Shown here: positions 1-13,020 of the stretch, piece by piece | Position numbering within the stretch: the first letter of the stretch is position 1 | How the letters are laid out: each line of letters opens with the position of its first letter | Source: Pristiophorus japonicus | Taxonomy: Eukaryota | Length of the DNA: 64,000 nt | Assembly (NCBI RefSeq): GCF_044704955.1 | Contig: NC_091987.1 | Span: 26,102,001 to 26,166,000, forward strand | Direction of reading: 5' to 3' | The notes under the pieces: model-generated | The model's database searches: none | Told to the model about the DNA's origin: nothing | The model's input: only the letters and a program-made list of their open reading frames with translations | Made by a program: the position numbers and the translations under genes

Positions 1-304
1 CGAACATTTATGGAACGAAAGGGAGACGGGTTAAAAGAAATGTGAAAAATTAAATTTTAAAAAGGCACCGTGGAACATGCAAAGCGCAATTAAGTTAGGT
101 ATCGTTTATAACGATGGAAACAAAGGACGATAGAAAGAAATGAAGAGAGGGAAAGAGTGAAAGAAAGATACAGAGAAATAAATAAATAAAAAATAAAGAA
201 AGCATGAAAGGATGCAAAGATATTTTAAAGAAAGAAAGCTATAAAGAAAGAATGATATATTGAAAGAAAGAAGGCAGAGAAGGAAGGAGGATAGAAAAAA
301 TGAT

Positions 305-1215
305 TCATAGAATCATAACATCATAGAAATTTACAGCATGTAATGAGACCATTTCGGCCCATCGTGTCTGCGCTGGATGACCAAGAGCTACACAGCCTAA
401 GCCCACTTTCCGTCTCATGGTCCGCAGCCCTGTAGGTTATGGCACATTTAGTGCAATTCCAAGGAACTTTTGAATGTAGTGAGGGTTCCTGCCTCTACTT
501 TTCAGGCAGTGTGTTCAAGACCCCCAACACGCTCTGGGTTAAGACATCTCCGCTCATATCTCTTCTAAACCTGCCACAAGTTACTTAAATCTATGCCCAC
601 TATTTGGTGACCTCTCTGCCCTTCGTAACCACTCTATCCAGGACCCCCAAAATTGTAAACACCACAATGCGGCCTCCACTTTGCCACCTCTGAACCAAAG
701 AAGACAGATCCAACATTTTCAATCTTGCCTCATAGCCAAAATTCTCCTGTCCAGGCAACACTCTCATAAATCTCCTCTGCACCATTTCCAGTGCAATCAC
801 ATCTTTACTGTAATGTGGTGACCAGAAACGCACACAGTACTCCAGTTGCAGCCTAACCAGTGTTTTATACATTTCAAGCATAACCTCCCTGCGCTTGTAT
901 TCCATGCCTCGACTAATAAAGACAAGTATTCCATATGCCTTCTTTACCACCTTATCTATTTGGCTTGCTACCGTCAGAGATTTGTGGACTTGCACACCAA
1001 CGTCGATTTGTTCCTCTATACTTTTGAATTTCGTACCATTTAATGTGTATTCCCTTGCCGAGTTAGATTTCCCCAAATGCATTACCTCACACTTATCCGG
1101 ATTGAGTTCCATTTTCCACTGTGCTACCCACCTGTCCAATACATGGATATATTCTTGCAGTCTACAACTTTCATCTTCATTATCCACGACAGCCTATTTT
1201 ATTGTCATCTGCAAA
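305..1215 (-). mobile_element. CR1 LINE 3' fragment (RT C-terminus + 3'UTR)
   Basis: ORF 600..1187(-) has CR1 motifs (KCEVMHLG, LVRLQLEYCVRFWSPH); CATAGAAT-type tail near 305-330; paralogs at ~7980-8910 and ~16355-17275. Confidence 0.9.
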
Positions 1216-1581
1216 GGAATGATGGAAAGACAGAAAGAAAGAAAGCACGGAACAATGAAAGAAGAAAGAAAGGGACAAAGAATGAAAGAAACATGCAACA
1301 AACAAGTAAAGAATGGATAGAAAGAAAGAAAGGAGGTAAAAGGATTGTTGGGACTTTGTATACGGTCACTGTGCATCCTTTCCACACAGAGACAATAGGG
1401 GGCGCTACGTGACAATGAGACGCACAGTTGCTTTTAACATGATTTATTATGAAACAGGAAACCATTCAGTCCCCTTGAACCTGTTAATTAGTAATCAGAA
1501 AAGTGCATTCAATCCACCTTGGGACCTTATGCACAGGAATAAGAGGAGAACATTCAGCCCCCCGAGCCAGTTACATACTTT

Positions 1582-2878
1582 GGGCCCAAGTATCCACATG
1601 ATTTGCGCCTGATTTTTTAGGAGCAACTGGTGGAGAACGGACTATCTTAGAAATCGCAATTCTCCACATTTTTTTTCTGCAGTTCTAGTCAGGTAGAACA
1701 GTTCTACTTTGGAACAGAATTTTTTCTTCAAAAGGGGGCGTGTTCGGCCACTGACGCCTGATTTGAAAGTTTCCACAGTGAAAACGTACTCCAAACTAAA
1801 GTAGAATGGAGCCAGTGAAGATTTTTGTCGAACTGAAAAAACCTGTTCTACACATTAAAAAATCAGGCGTAGGTTACAAATTAGGCGTCCAGAACGAGGT
1901 GGGGGGGAGGGGGGGGGAAGTCATTAAATTCTACAATAAATCCTTATTTATACTTCTACAAATATTATACAAATAAATACAACCTGAATAAACATTTATA
2001 AGCAAAGAAAAGATTAAATACACCATCTTCCTACCTGTGTGAAAGTGCTTCAGCCAGGGAGAATTCTGCAGCCGTTCGTGCCGCTGAGCGGGGGGAGGGT
2101 GGGGCGGAGAAAGCCGTTCGTGCCGCTGAGTGGGAGGGGGGGGAGAAAGCCGTTCGTGCCGCTGAGCGGGAGGGGGGGAAGAAAGCCGTTCGTGCCGCTG
2201 AGTGGGAGGGGGGGGAGAAAGCCGTTCGTGCCGCTGAGCGGGAGGGGGGGGAGAAAGCGGTTTGTTGTTGTGGAGCGGAGGGAGGGGAAGGAGACAACAG
2301 TTTGTTGCCACGGAGGGGAGGGAGGGGAAGGAGACAACGGGTTGTTGTTGTGGAGGGGAAGGAGGGGAAGGAGACAGCGGGTTGTTGTTGTGGAGGGGAA
2401 GGAGGGGAAGGAGACAGCGGGTTGTTGTTGTGGAGGGGAGGGAGGGGAAGGAGACAGCGGGTTGTTGCCGCAGAGGGGAAGGAGGGGAAGGAGACAGTGA
2501 GAAGGGTAGCCTCAGTGCTGATGTGCTGATGGCAATGTGACTTTATTAAAAAATGTTCAAAAATTAAACAGCTGCAAAGAACTACAAAAATGGCCGAGTG
2601 GCAATGTTTTTTTTCACACTGAGCATGCGTGAACACTCCAACGCGCACGCGCTGCGTTGCCGGTAGGAAAAAAACTAATTTAAATAGTACCCGCCCCCTC
2701 CCAGTTACAAAATCGGCGCGAGTGTAGGCTCCGCCCCCCTGGGCGCCGCGCCTAACAGACAAGGCCGTGCAAAGCGCTCGAGAATAGCGCATTTTTTTTC
2801 TGGCGCCGTTTTAGGCGCGAAAAACGGGCGCCCAGCTCGGAGGGGCGCCCTTTTTTTATCCTGTGGAAACTTGGGCCC
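1582..2878. mobile_element. Non-autonomous PIF/Harbinger-like DNA transposon, 1297 bp
   Basis: TIRs GGGCCCAAGTATCCACA ... TGTGGAAACTTGGGCCC; 3-bp TTT target duplication; empty site CATACTTTATATCT in paralogs at ~9271 and ~17634; internal ~37-bp and 40-bp minisatellites (2062-2497). Confidence 0.85.
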
Positions 2879-3195
2879 TTTATATCTGTGCCCTCGGTCC
2901 TTGTCCTCCAACCAATGGATATAGTTTCTCACCATCAAGTCTATTAAGATACTTCTTAATTAAGATCACCTCCATTAGTTCTGTCTTTGTCCTTCTGTGC
3001 TGCATCATTCTGTCAATTTGCTTCACGAGCCAATGAATGGAATTGGGGGGAGGAAGGTTTACGCAGGAAGTGATGTATGTGTGATAATTGCAACCCGACG
3101 TTTTGTATTCAATCATTCCAACAGAGAAACTGCCGTTAAACGTGACATTGAGCTGCACCCGTTCGCACAGCCAGGCAGTGTCGACTTAATAAATC

Positions 3196-3244
3196 ATGTT
3201 TCATGAAACTCATTATCTAACGTTGATGGTGACATTGATCCCAC
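3196..3244 (+). pseudogene. Orphan TCR V leader exon (family B); V exon deleted
   Basis: MFHETHYLTLMVTLIP + C|GTGAGT, matching the leader at 9593; no family-B V exon follows. Confidence 0.85.
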
Positions 3245-3829
3245 GTGAGTCAACATTAGAAACTTATGCAGAGCTCTTTGTAGAATAATGCATTATAATA
3301 TCAGCTGTGGTTCAGTTGGTAGACATTTTGTCTCTGACTCAAAGTTTTTGGATTCGAGTCTTACTCTTGAGATTTGAGCATAACATTGTACGCTGACACT
3401 CCCCAGACCAGCGCTGAGGGAACGCTGCACTTTCGGAAGTGTCATCTTTTGGATAAGGCTTTAGACCGGGCTGCCCCCTCAGGTGGAGCTCAAGGATCCC
3501 AGGGCACTATGGGAAGAAGAGCAGGTGGCGGTACTAGCGGATTTACATAGCGCTCTTCACCGCCCCAGAATTCCAGAAGCGATTTACGTACATTTGAAGT
3601 GTAGTCACTGTTGTAATGTAACAAACGCAACAGCAAAATTACTTACAGGAGGATCTCACAAAGGGAGATTATTAATATGATAAGATATTTTGTTTTAGTA
3701 ATTTTGGTTGCGCGATAATTATTGGCCAAGGGCATTAGTCAGATCTATGCTATTCTTCTTCCGATAGCGGCAACTGAGATGGCAGCTGGTGTCTCATCTG
3801 AAAGACGGCATCTCCAACAGTAAAGAGTA

Positions 3830-4290
3830 CCCTCAATACTGTATATCCAGTAGTGCAGCAATAATTCTGTATTGCCGCTCCGACAATGAAGCACTCCATC
3901 AGTAGTGCCCCTCCGACAGTGCAGCGCTCCCTCAGTACTTCCCCTCTGACAGTGCAGCACTCCCTGAGTAATGGCCTTCTGACACTGCAGCTCCCTCAAT
4001 ACTGCCGCTCCAACAGTGCGGCATTCCCTCAGTACTGACCCCTGACAGTTCAGCACGCCCTGAGTAATGGCCCGCCGGCAGTGCTGCACACCCTCAGTAC
4101 TGCCTTCCGACAGTGCTGCACTCCCTCAGTAGTGACCCTCCGACAGCACGGCATTCCCTCAGTGCTGGGGCGCTCACATTGCAGCACTCCCTCAGTATTT
4201 CCCCTCCGACAGCATGACACTCCCTTCGCACTGCGGCGCTCACAGTGCAGCACTCCCTCAGTACTTCATCTCCGACAGTGCAGCTCCCTC
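3830..4290. repeat. ~33-bp minisatellite (CAGTACTGCCCCTCCGACAGTGCAGCACTCCCT), SINE-associated
   Basis: Tandem degenerate units; copies at ~12500-13020 and ~22930-23010. Confidence 0.85.
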
Positions 4291-4612
4291 AGAGGGGCCG
4301 GGCCGTCAGTCGAGAGAGAGGGGTGCAGCTTCCAATCAGGAAGGGAGGGGCGGGACTCTCAAACCTTCAACACATTCTAGCTTTGCTCATATCTTCCTCA
4401 TTGATTTGAAAAGAGCGGGTTGGCTTCTGACAGCCTCCACGCTCCTATTTTCGTTCCTTTCATTATTAAGACATAACTTCAATTACATATGTATCTTTCT
4501 TTCTTTCTTTCCTTCTTTATTTCTTGTCTCTCTCATTCGCTCATTCTTCCATTGTACACAGTCAACAATGCCCATCTTTGCTGACTTTCTCGTCTTCCCG
4601 TCTCTTTCCCAG

Positions 4613-4900
4613 CCGTGAATTCACAGAATATCCGGCAGACTCCCGCTGCTGTCCCCAGATTTCCCGGCGAGGGAGTGGAACTAAAATGCGATGTGAAGGG
4701 CCCCAGTAACCCTGACATGTTGTGGTACAGGCAGGGAAGGAGCCGCAGTTGAAAGTTTACTCTCCAACTACGCAAAGTGTGACAGCAGAGGGGATGGTGG
4801 ATGTCTTTACCGCCGAGCGACCAAATAGCAACTAGTTCAACATGAAGTCGTCCCGCCTGCGTCGGATCAGTCGGCTGTGTATTACTGCGCCTGGGTTCTG
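4613..4900 (+). pseudogene. TRBV: TCR V pseudogene A1 (CAW family)
   Basis: NIRQTPAAVPRFPGEGVELKC...WYRQ...YYCAWVL; 7-nt deletion after WYRQ; TAG at 4833; leader truncated after ATGTATCT (4489); RSS CGCAGTG-23-GCACAAACC (4901-4939). Confidence 0.88.
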
Positions 4901-5589
4901 CGCAGTGACTCAGGGAGATGGAGGGGCTCGGCACAAACCCCAAAGGTGGCAGGAAACACCTATGGATGCTGCACCAGCGCGGCGTCCTGCTGGGTTTATG
5001 TAGACGAGCCAAAATGCTTTTGAGAAGAGGAAGAGACAGGTTAGAATAAACCAAGAGGTTATTTACAGTGGCTCTGGAGAAGATGCATATAAAGATTAAC
5101 AAGGATGATACCAGAATTGAAAGGCTCAAGCTATTAGGAAAGGCTGAAGAGGCTGGGGCTATTTGGTCCAGAAAAGAGAAGGCTGAGGAGTGACATGCCA
5201 GTGGCCTTTAAAGATTGGCAACGTGTTTTATAGAGTAGGGCATAGAGCCGAAAATAGAACGAAAGGAAGGTAGGAAGCATAAAAGAAGGAAAGGAAGAAA
5301 CAGGGCAAGAAATAAAGGAAGAAGGACGGAAAGACTGAAGGAAACAACGAAAGAAGGAAAGAATGGAAGCAAGCAAAAAAGAGCAGGAAAGAAAGATAGA
5401 GGAAAGAAAGAAAGATAGAAAGGCAGAACCATAGTGAAAAATAGAACGATAGATTGAAAGAAGGAATGCAGGTAAATTATTTTATTCAAACATAGGGTTT
5501 GTGTTTTCTTTCTCCAAAAGAAGGCGCGTTGGGACCATGAAACAGACCAATGCCTGGAACGTGGTCATTAGGAACTCAATAAAGGAGCA

Positions 5590-5960
5590 GGATATTCAGC
5601 CCCTCGTACCTGATACACAGGAACAGGAGGAGGCGCATTCTGCCCCTCAAGTCCGTTGCACAGGAACAGGAGGAGGCCATTCAACCCTTCGAACCTGATA
5701 CACAGGAACAGGAGGAGGCCCTTCAGCTCCTCGAGCCTGTTACACAGGAACAGGAGGAGGCCTATTCAGCCCCTCGAGCCTGTTACACAGGAACAGGAGG
5801 AGGCCATTCTGCCCCTCGAGCCTATTACACAGGAACAGGAGGAGACTATTCAGCCCCTCGAGTCTGTTACACAGGAAATGGAGGAGCCCCATTCAGCCTC
5901 TCGATCCTGATACACAGGGACAGGAGGAGACCCATTCAGCCTCTTGAGCCTGTTACATAT
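5590..5960. repeat. ~40-bp minisatellite derived from a CR1 3' end (TACACAGGAACAGGAGGAGGCCATTCAGCCCCTCGAGCCTGT)
   Basis: About 9 tandem units; related array at ~14330-14520. Confidence 0.85.
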
Positions 5961-7045
5961 ATTTAGGAAGGAGGCACTCGTTCACTCGCGCCTGCTCTGG
6001 GATTTCAACAAATCATGGCTGATCTGAACCTCATCTTCATTTACCTCCTTTGCTGCCTCTCCCATAATATCCTAACACAGCACATATTTAGCCAGCTCAG
6101 TCTTGCGAGCTCCAATTGCCTCCCAATATGAACAGCCTTTTGGTGGAGAGTGTTCCAGATTTATACAATAGTTAGTGTAATGGAATTCTCCCTAAATTCA
6201 TGCCTGAAGTCCCTAACTCAAATATTATATTACTGGCCCGTTTACTGGAAACCCCACCAGAGCAACTCGTTTCTCTATATCTATCCCATCAAAGATTTTG
6301 AAAGAACCTGCTCGATGGGCTGAATGGGCTCCTTCTGTCCTGCGCTATTCTGTCATTTTACAGTTTTCTCTCCAAAATAAATCAATTCTCCACAGAAGGA
6401 CTTCAGTTGCATAAGAGAGGGGCATTAACGAAACCCAAGAAATTATTCCCTCGTCCACTTAGCTTTCTATCCGCGGTCATTCATATTCCAACTCAGACAG
6501 TGACGTCTCTGATGTGGGCTCACTGCATTTTGAATACAGTCGGACCATTTGCAGGTTCTCCGGTGACAGGCCAGTCTTTGTTTCCTCCTGATCGTCACAG
6601 GCGCAATCATGAGTCCAACTCTGCAGTAGTGCACAGGGGCAGGCCGTGTGACCCGGATATCGTGGCAGCCTCTTTCTCACTTTATCAGAAAAGGTTTGCT
6701 TATATCAGTGTTGTATCTGTATGTGTGAGCCATTAGTCAGTTATGGCTAATTGTGAATCTACATGTGAATACTCGGGAATTCAGATGTGGATAATTTCAT
6801 TTCTGATTAGCGAACAATTAACGAACAACAGATACCATTATTCAGAATGTTAGCATCATAAAGTCCAGTCAAGCTTCGATTCTGATTGGTTTGATCGGAG
6901 GAAAGGGCGTGTCCTATACACATCACTTTCTGACGCTCTTCATGTTTTCTTCGATAAAATGAAAAGAGCTGGATTGACTTCTCACAACGCTCCATGCTCC
7001 TGTTCTCGATTCTTTCAATATTAAGGGAAAGGGTTAAATTAACAG

Positions 7046-7611
7046 ACGTATTTGTTACTGTGTCTGATGATCATGTTTCACCGTAAGGGAGTTTTCCAAT
7101 TATTAATTCATGTCAAATAACCNNNNNNNNNNNNNNNNNNNNNNNNNNNNNNNNNNNNNNNNNNNNNNNNNNNNNNNNNNNNNNNNNNNNNNNNNNNNNN
7201 NNNNNNNNNNNNNNNNNNNNNNNNNNNNNNNNNNNNNNNNNNNNNNNNNNNNNNNNNNNNNNNNNACAGCATGCCCGTGATTACTGACCTTCTCCTCTCT
7301 CCGTCTCTTTCTCAGACATGGTCTCAGAACGGATCCGCCAGCCTCTGGCCGCTGTCTCCAAACTTTCTGGGGAGGGAGTGGAACTGAAGTGCACCATGGA
7401 GGGAGCCAGTAGCGGTTCCATGCTCTGGTACAGGCAAGACCCGGGGAAAGAGCCACAGTTGATGTTTTACTCCTCAGCTGTACAAAGCTTGATGGCAGAG
7501 GGGTGGGTGGATGGTTGTACCGCTGAGCGACCAAATGGCAATGAGTTGAAACTAAATTCCTCCCGCTTGCGGGTGGATCAGTCGGCCGTGTATTACTGCG
7601 CCTGGAGTCTG
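7046..7611 (+). pseudogene. TRBV: TCR V segment A2: intact V ORF, probably non-functional
   Basis: Leader 7046-7082 starts ACG where paralogs have ATG; V exon 7316-7611 is open with C23/W41/C104 (YYCAWSL); RSS CGCAGTG-23-AGTTTAACC (7612-7650) is degenerate; N gap in intron. Confidence 0.85.
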
Positions 7612-7979
7612 CGCAGTGACTCAGAGAGATGGAGGGGCTCTAGTTTAACCCGAAAGGCGGCAGGAAACACTTGTGGATGGTGAACCAGCGTGGTGCCGAG
7701 TCCTGTTGGGTTTATTTTGCAGAGCGAACATGTTTGGACAAGAATAAGAGATGGGTTAGAATAAAAGTGAGAAATTAGATTTTGGAAAGACACTGGAGCA
7801 GATGTAAAGCACGATTAATTTAGTTATATTGAAGAATGAAAGAAGGGAAGGAAGATAGAAATAAAAAGAGAGAGGGGAAGCATGAATGGATGCAAAGATG
7901 ATTTAAAGAAAGAAAAATAGGAAGAAAGATGATATATTGAAAGAAAGAAGGCAGAAAATAAAGCAGGGTAAAAAGAATG

Positions 7980-8910
7980 AATCATAGAATCGTAAAATTT
8001 TAGACATTTACAGCACATAAAGAGGGCATTTCGGCCCTCGTGTCCGCGCCGGCCGACCAAGAGCTATCCAGCCTAATCCCACTTTCCGTCTCATGGTCCA
8101 CAGCTCTGTAGGTTACGGCACTTTACGTACACATTCAGGTATCTTTTGAATGTGGTGAGGGTTCTTTCCTCTACCACCCATTCAGGCATTGGGTTCCAGA
8201 ACCTCACCACTCTCTGGGTTAAGAAATCTTCCCTTGTATATCTTCTAAATCTGACACTAGTTACTTTAAATCTATGCCCCTGTTTGTTGACTTCTCTGTC
8301 AAGGGAAACAGGCCATTCATAACCAGTCTATCCAGAGCCTTCATAAATGTATACACATCAACCAGGTGTCCCCTTAGCCTCCTCTGTTCCAAAGAAAACC
8401 GACGCAACATTTTCAATCTTTCCTCATACCATACATTCCCCAGTCCAGGCTACATTCTTGTAAATCACCTCTGCACCATTTCCAGTGCAATCACATCTTT
8501 CGTGTCAGGTGGTGATCAGACATACACGCAGTACTCCAGCTGCGGCCTAACCAGTGTTTTATACATTTCAAACATAACCTCCTTGTTCTTGTATTCCATG
8601 CCTCGACTAATAAAGACAATTATTCCGTATGCCTTCTTCTCCTTCTTATCTACCTGGGCTGCGACCTTCAGGGAGCTGTGGACCTGCAATCCAAAGTCCC
8701 TTTTTTACTCTACACTTTTCAGTTTTGTACCATTTAATTTGTACACCCTTGCCTAGTTAGATTTCCCCAAATGCATTACCTCACGCTTATCCGGATTGAG
8801 TTCCATTTGCCACTGAGTTATCCACCTGTCAAATACATTGAAATATTCTTGCAGTCTACAATTTTCATTTTCATTATCAATGACAGCCTATTTTATTGTC
8901 ATCTGCAAAG
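7980..8910 (-). mobile_element. CR1 LINE 3' fragment (cassette paralog)
   Basis: Homologous to 305-1215. Confidence 0.85.
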
Positions 8911-9592
8911 GAATGACGGAAAGACAGAATGTAAGAAAGAAACCACGGAAGAATGAAAGAAGAAAGAAAGGGACAATGAATGGAAGAAGCATGTAACAAA
9001 CAAGGAAAGAATGGATAGAGAGAAGGGAAGCAGGTCCAAAGATTGTCGGGACTTTGTATACGGTCACTGTGCATCCTTTCCACACAGAGACAACAGAGGG
9101 CGCTACATGCCAATGAGACGCACAGTTGATTGCAATATGATTTAATATGGAAAAGGAAACCATTCAGTTCCTTTGAACCTGTTAATTAGGAACCGGAAAA
9201 GGGCATTCAGTCGCCTTGGGACCGTATGCACAGGCAGTAGAGGAGAACATTCAGCCCCTCGAGCTAGTTACATACTTTATATCTGTGCCCTTGGGCCTTG
9301 CCCTCCAACCAATGGATATAGTTTCTCACCATGAAGTCTATTAAAATACTTCTTAATTTCGATCACCTCCATTAGTTCTGTCTTTGTCCTTCTGTGCTGC
9401 ATCATTCTGTCAATTTGCTTCACGAGCCAATGAATGGAATTGGGGGGAGGAAGGTTTACGCAGGAAGTGATGTATGTGTGATAATTGCAACCCGACGTTT
9501 TGTATTCAATCATTCCAACAGAGAAATTGCCGTTAAACGTGACATTGAGCTGCACCTGTTCGCACAGCCAGGCAGTGTCGACTGAATAAATC

Positions 9593-10529
9593 ATGTTTCA
9601 TGAAACTCATTATCTAACGTTGATGGTGACATTGATCCCACGTGAGTCAACATTAGAAACTTATGCAGAGCTCTTTGTAGAATAATGCATTATAATATCA
9701 GCTGTGGTTCAGTTGGTAGACATTTTGTCTCTGACTCAAAGTTTTTGGATTCGAGTCTTACTCTTGAGATTTGAGCATAACATTGTACGCTGACACTCCA
9801 CAGACCAGCGCTGAGGGAACGCTGCACTTTCGAAAGTGTCATCTTTTGGATAAGGCTTTAGACCAGGCTGCCCCCTCAGGTGGAGCTCAAGGATCCCAGG
9901 GCACTATGGGAAGAAGAGCAGGGAAGTTCCCGCCGGTGTCCTGGCCAACATTTATCCCACAACAACACCCCTCCCCCCAAAGAAATCCCAGATTAACGGG
10001 TCAATTAATTCAACACATTATGTGGGAGCTCACTGAGCTCAATTTGGCCATCTCTTTTCCTGCGTTACTACACTGAGGACACTTTAATCAGAACTTCCTT
10101 GGTTATAAAGGGTGTTGGGACTTTCTGAGGCCGTCAATGTCGCTTTGCGAATGCGAGTTAATTTCTCTATGTGTGATCCCTGCTCTGATTAATTATTGAC
10201 AAAAGTAAGAATCTAATCTGTGTTACATTCGACAGGGATACTCGGCTCGTACGTGGAGCAGTCGCCTTCTGTCCTATCGATGGGAGTAGGAGAGCAGAAG
10301 ACACTCCGATGCACGCTGATCAACACTGGCTATCCCAATATGTTCTGGTACAGACAACAGCCCAAGCGGGCACTGGAACCTCTTTTCTTTTCTGCTGGTG
10401 AAGGTTCTGCCCAGGAGTACACGACCGAGTCTTTTAAGGCCAAAAGAAGCAGTACGACGCTGTTTACTCTGGAGCTGAGTGCCGCCTCTCTGTCTCACAC
10501 CGCTGTCTATTACTGTGCCTGCAGTATAG
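9593..10529 (+). CDS. TRBV: TCR V gene segment B2, probably functional (leader 9593-9641, V exon 10236-10529)
   Basis: MFHETHYLTLMVTLIPR-ILGSYVEQSPSVLSMGVGEQKTLRC...MFWYRQ...TAVYYCACSI; GT-AG phase-1 intron containing a SINE. Confidence 0.9.
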
Positions 10530-10568
10530 CACAGCGTTTGAGAAAGCGGCGCCCCTGTTACAAAAAGC
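10530..10568 (+). other. 23-RSS of B2
   Basis: CACAGCG-23 nt-ACAAAAAGC. Confidence 0.93.
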
Positions 10569-12499
10569 TGCCCCGAATGAGTGGGAGTTCAGTACACATT
10601 GTGTACGGTCAGATGGCAGCAGTAGATTTTATTTCAGTGTACATTTTCTGCCACTCGGTCACATAATCATCGAATGATACAGCACTGGAGCAGGTCAGTC
10701 TGACCCACCTGTCTCCACCGGCTCTTTGAAAGAGCTATCCAATTAGCCCTTTTCCCATAGCTCACAAAACGCCTGCCCCTTCCAGTGTGTATCAATTTCA
10801 ATTTGAATGTTATTATTGGATTTGATTCCTCCTCCTTTCGGGCAGTGCATTCGAAACCAAAATATCTACATACTCAGCATGTCCATATCTGCCCCTTAAA
10901 TCTCTGCCCTCTGGTTACTGAACTTGAGGAACATAAGAATGTAAGAAATAGGAGCAGGCGTCGGCCATACAGCCTCTCCAGCCTGCGCCGCCATTTAATA
11001 AGGGCATACCACTTATCCTGAGACTGTGCCCGCTAGTTCTACACACTCTAACTAGGGGAAGCATCCTTTCGCATCTACCCTGTCAATGTACCCTTCAGAA
11101 TCGTGTTTCTTTAATGAGATCACCTGTCATTTTTCTGAACTCCTCGGAGTATCGGCCCATTCTACACAAACACTGCCTCTGGAAACAATTTCTCCTTATT
11201 TACACTGACCAAATCCTTCATGGTTTTCAACACCTCAATCAAATCATAAGTACATAATAACACAAGCAATAGGAGCAGGATTAGGCCACTCGGACCCTCG
11301 AGCCTGCTCCGCCACTCAAATCAAGGTTGCACTTTCCTGCACTATTTCATATCATTTGATGGCCTTAATATGCAAAACTCTATCGATCTCTGACTTGAAT
11401 ATATTCAAAGACTGAGCCTCCACAGTCCTCTCAGCTATGGAATTACAAAGATTCACCACCCTCTGAATGAAGAGGTTTCTCCTCATCTACGTCCTAAGTG
11501 GCCAACCCCTTATCCTGAGAGTGTGACACCTGGTTCTAAATTCCCAGCCAAATGGAAACATTCTCACAGATCTACCCTGTCAAGTCCTTTATAAGTTATC
11601 TATGTTTCAATGAGATCACCTCTCTTTCTTCTAATCTCTAGGGAATATATTTCCAGCCTATACAATCTCTTGTCAAAAGAAAATTCCTCCATCCCAGGAA
11701 TCAGTCTGGTGAATCTTCGTTGCACTCCCTCAATAGCAAATATATCCTTCCCTAGGTAAGGAGACTAAAGCTGTGCATAACACTCTCCGCTTATTCTTCT
11801 CTGATCTGAGGTGACGAATGACAGTTTCTGTTGTCTCTCTGCAGAAGTGAAAACACTTCTCCCTGGTACCATTCTAATAAATCTCCTTTGCGCCCTCTCT
11901 GAGGACTTGATACCCATCCGAAGGTGTGCTGGGACCTAAATAGTGATTTATAAATGTTTAGCCAATCTTCTTTGCAGTAGTACTCTATGCCTTTGTTTAT
12001 GAATTTACGGAATACAATTTCTTTGTTAACTTCCTTCTCAACTGGCCCACCCTCTTATGCCCGTAGGTGTCACTGTTCCTGCCCCTGTCAATGTTGCGTC
12101 TTTAAGTTCCCGTTGCCTGGTGGCAGCACTGCATTGCAATTCCTTGCCTGCATTCTGCCAACAGGTGGCAATACTAGAGCATTTATATAGCTCCTTCTAC
12201 CGTCCTAGAACTTCGAGAAGCGATTACAGCGATTTACATACTTTTAAAGTGTAGTCACTGTTGTAATGTAACAAACGCAACAGCGAAATTACTTACAGGA
12301 GGATCCGAGAAGGGAGATTATTAAAATGACAAGTTATTCTGTTTTAGTAATGTTGGTTACTTGATAATTATTGCCAGGGACATTAACCAGATCCATGTTA
12401 CTATTCTTCCAATCGAGGCAACTGAGAGTGAAGTTGGGGCCTCGATTTAATGTCTTATCTGAAAGGCGGCACGTTCGACAGTAAAACCTTTCCCTCTAT

Positions 12500-13020
12500 A
12501 CTGTATATCCAGTAGTGGAGCAATAATTCAGTACTGCCGCTTCTACAATGAAGCATTGCATCAGTACTGCCTCTCCGACAGCAGCGCTCCCTAGTACTGC
12601 CCCTCCCACAGTGAACTGCTGCCTCAGTCGTGCTCGTCCAATAGGGCGGCACTCCCTCAGTACTTACCCTCTGACAGTGCAGCACTACTTCAGTACTGCA
12701 CCACTCACAGTGCAGCACTCCTTGAGTAATGGCCCTCAGACAGCTCAGCCCCACTTCAGTACTGCGGTGATCACAGTGCAGCACTCCGTCAGTACTGCCC
12801 ACCCTGAGAGTGCAGCTCCCACAGTGCTGCCCCTCCGACAGTGCACCACTCCCTCAGTATTGCCCCTCCGACAGTGCAGCACTCCCTCAGTACTGTCCCT
12901 CCGACAGTACAGCGCTCCCTCAGTGCTGTCCCTCCGACAGTGCAGCGCTCCCTCAGTAATGCCCCTCCGACAGTGCGGCGCTCCCTCAGTACTGCCTCTC
13001 CGACAGTGCAGCGCTCTCTT
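12500..13020. repeat. ~33-bp minisatellite upstream of A3
   Basis: Same unit as 3830-4290. Confidence 0.85.

Noticed and set aside
1931-2792. Long overlapping ORFs on both strands
   Set aside because: Translations of minisatellites inside the transposon
3830-5960. Regular 33-40-bp repeats resembling CRISPR arrays
   Set aside because: No unique spacers, eukaryotic context, and units derive from SINE/LINE ends
9700-9780. tRNA-like A/B boxes (also ~3303, ~18063, ~26566, ~48245, ~59128)
   Set aside because: Degenerate heads of tRNA-derived SINEs, not intact tRNAs
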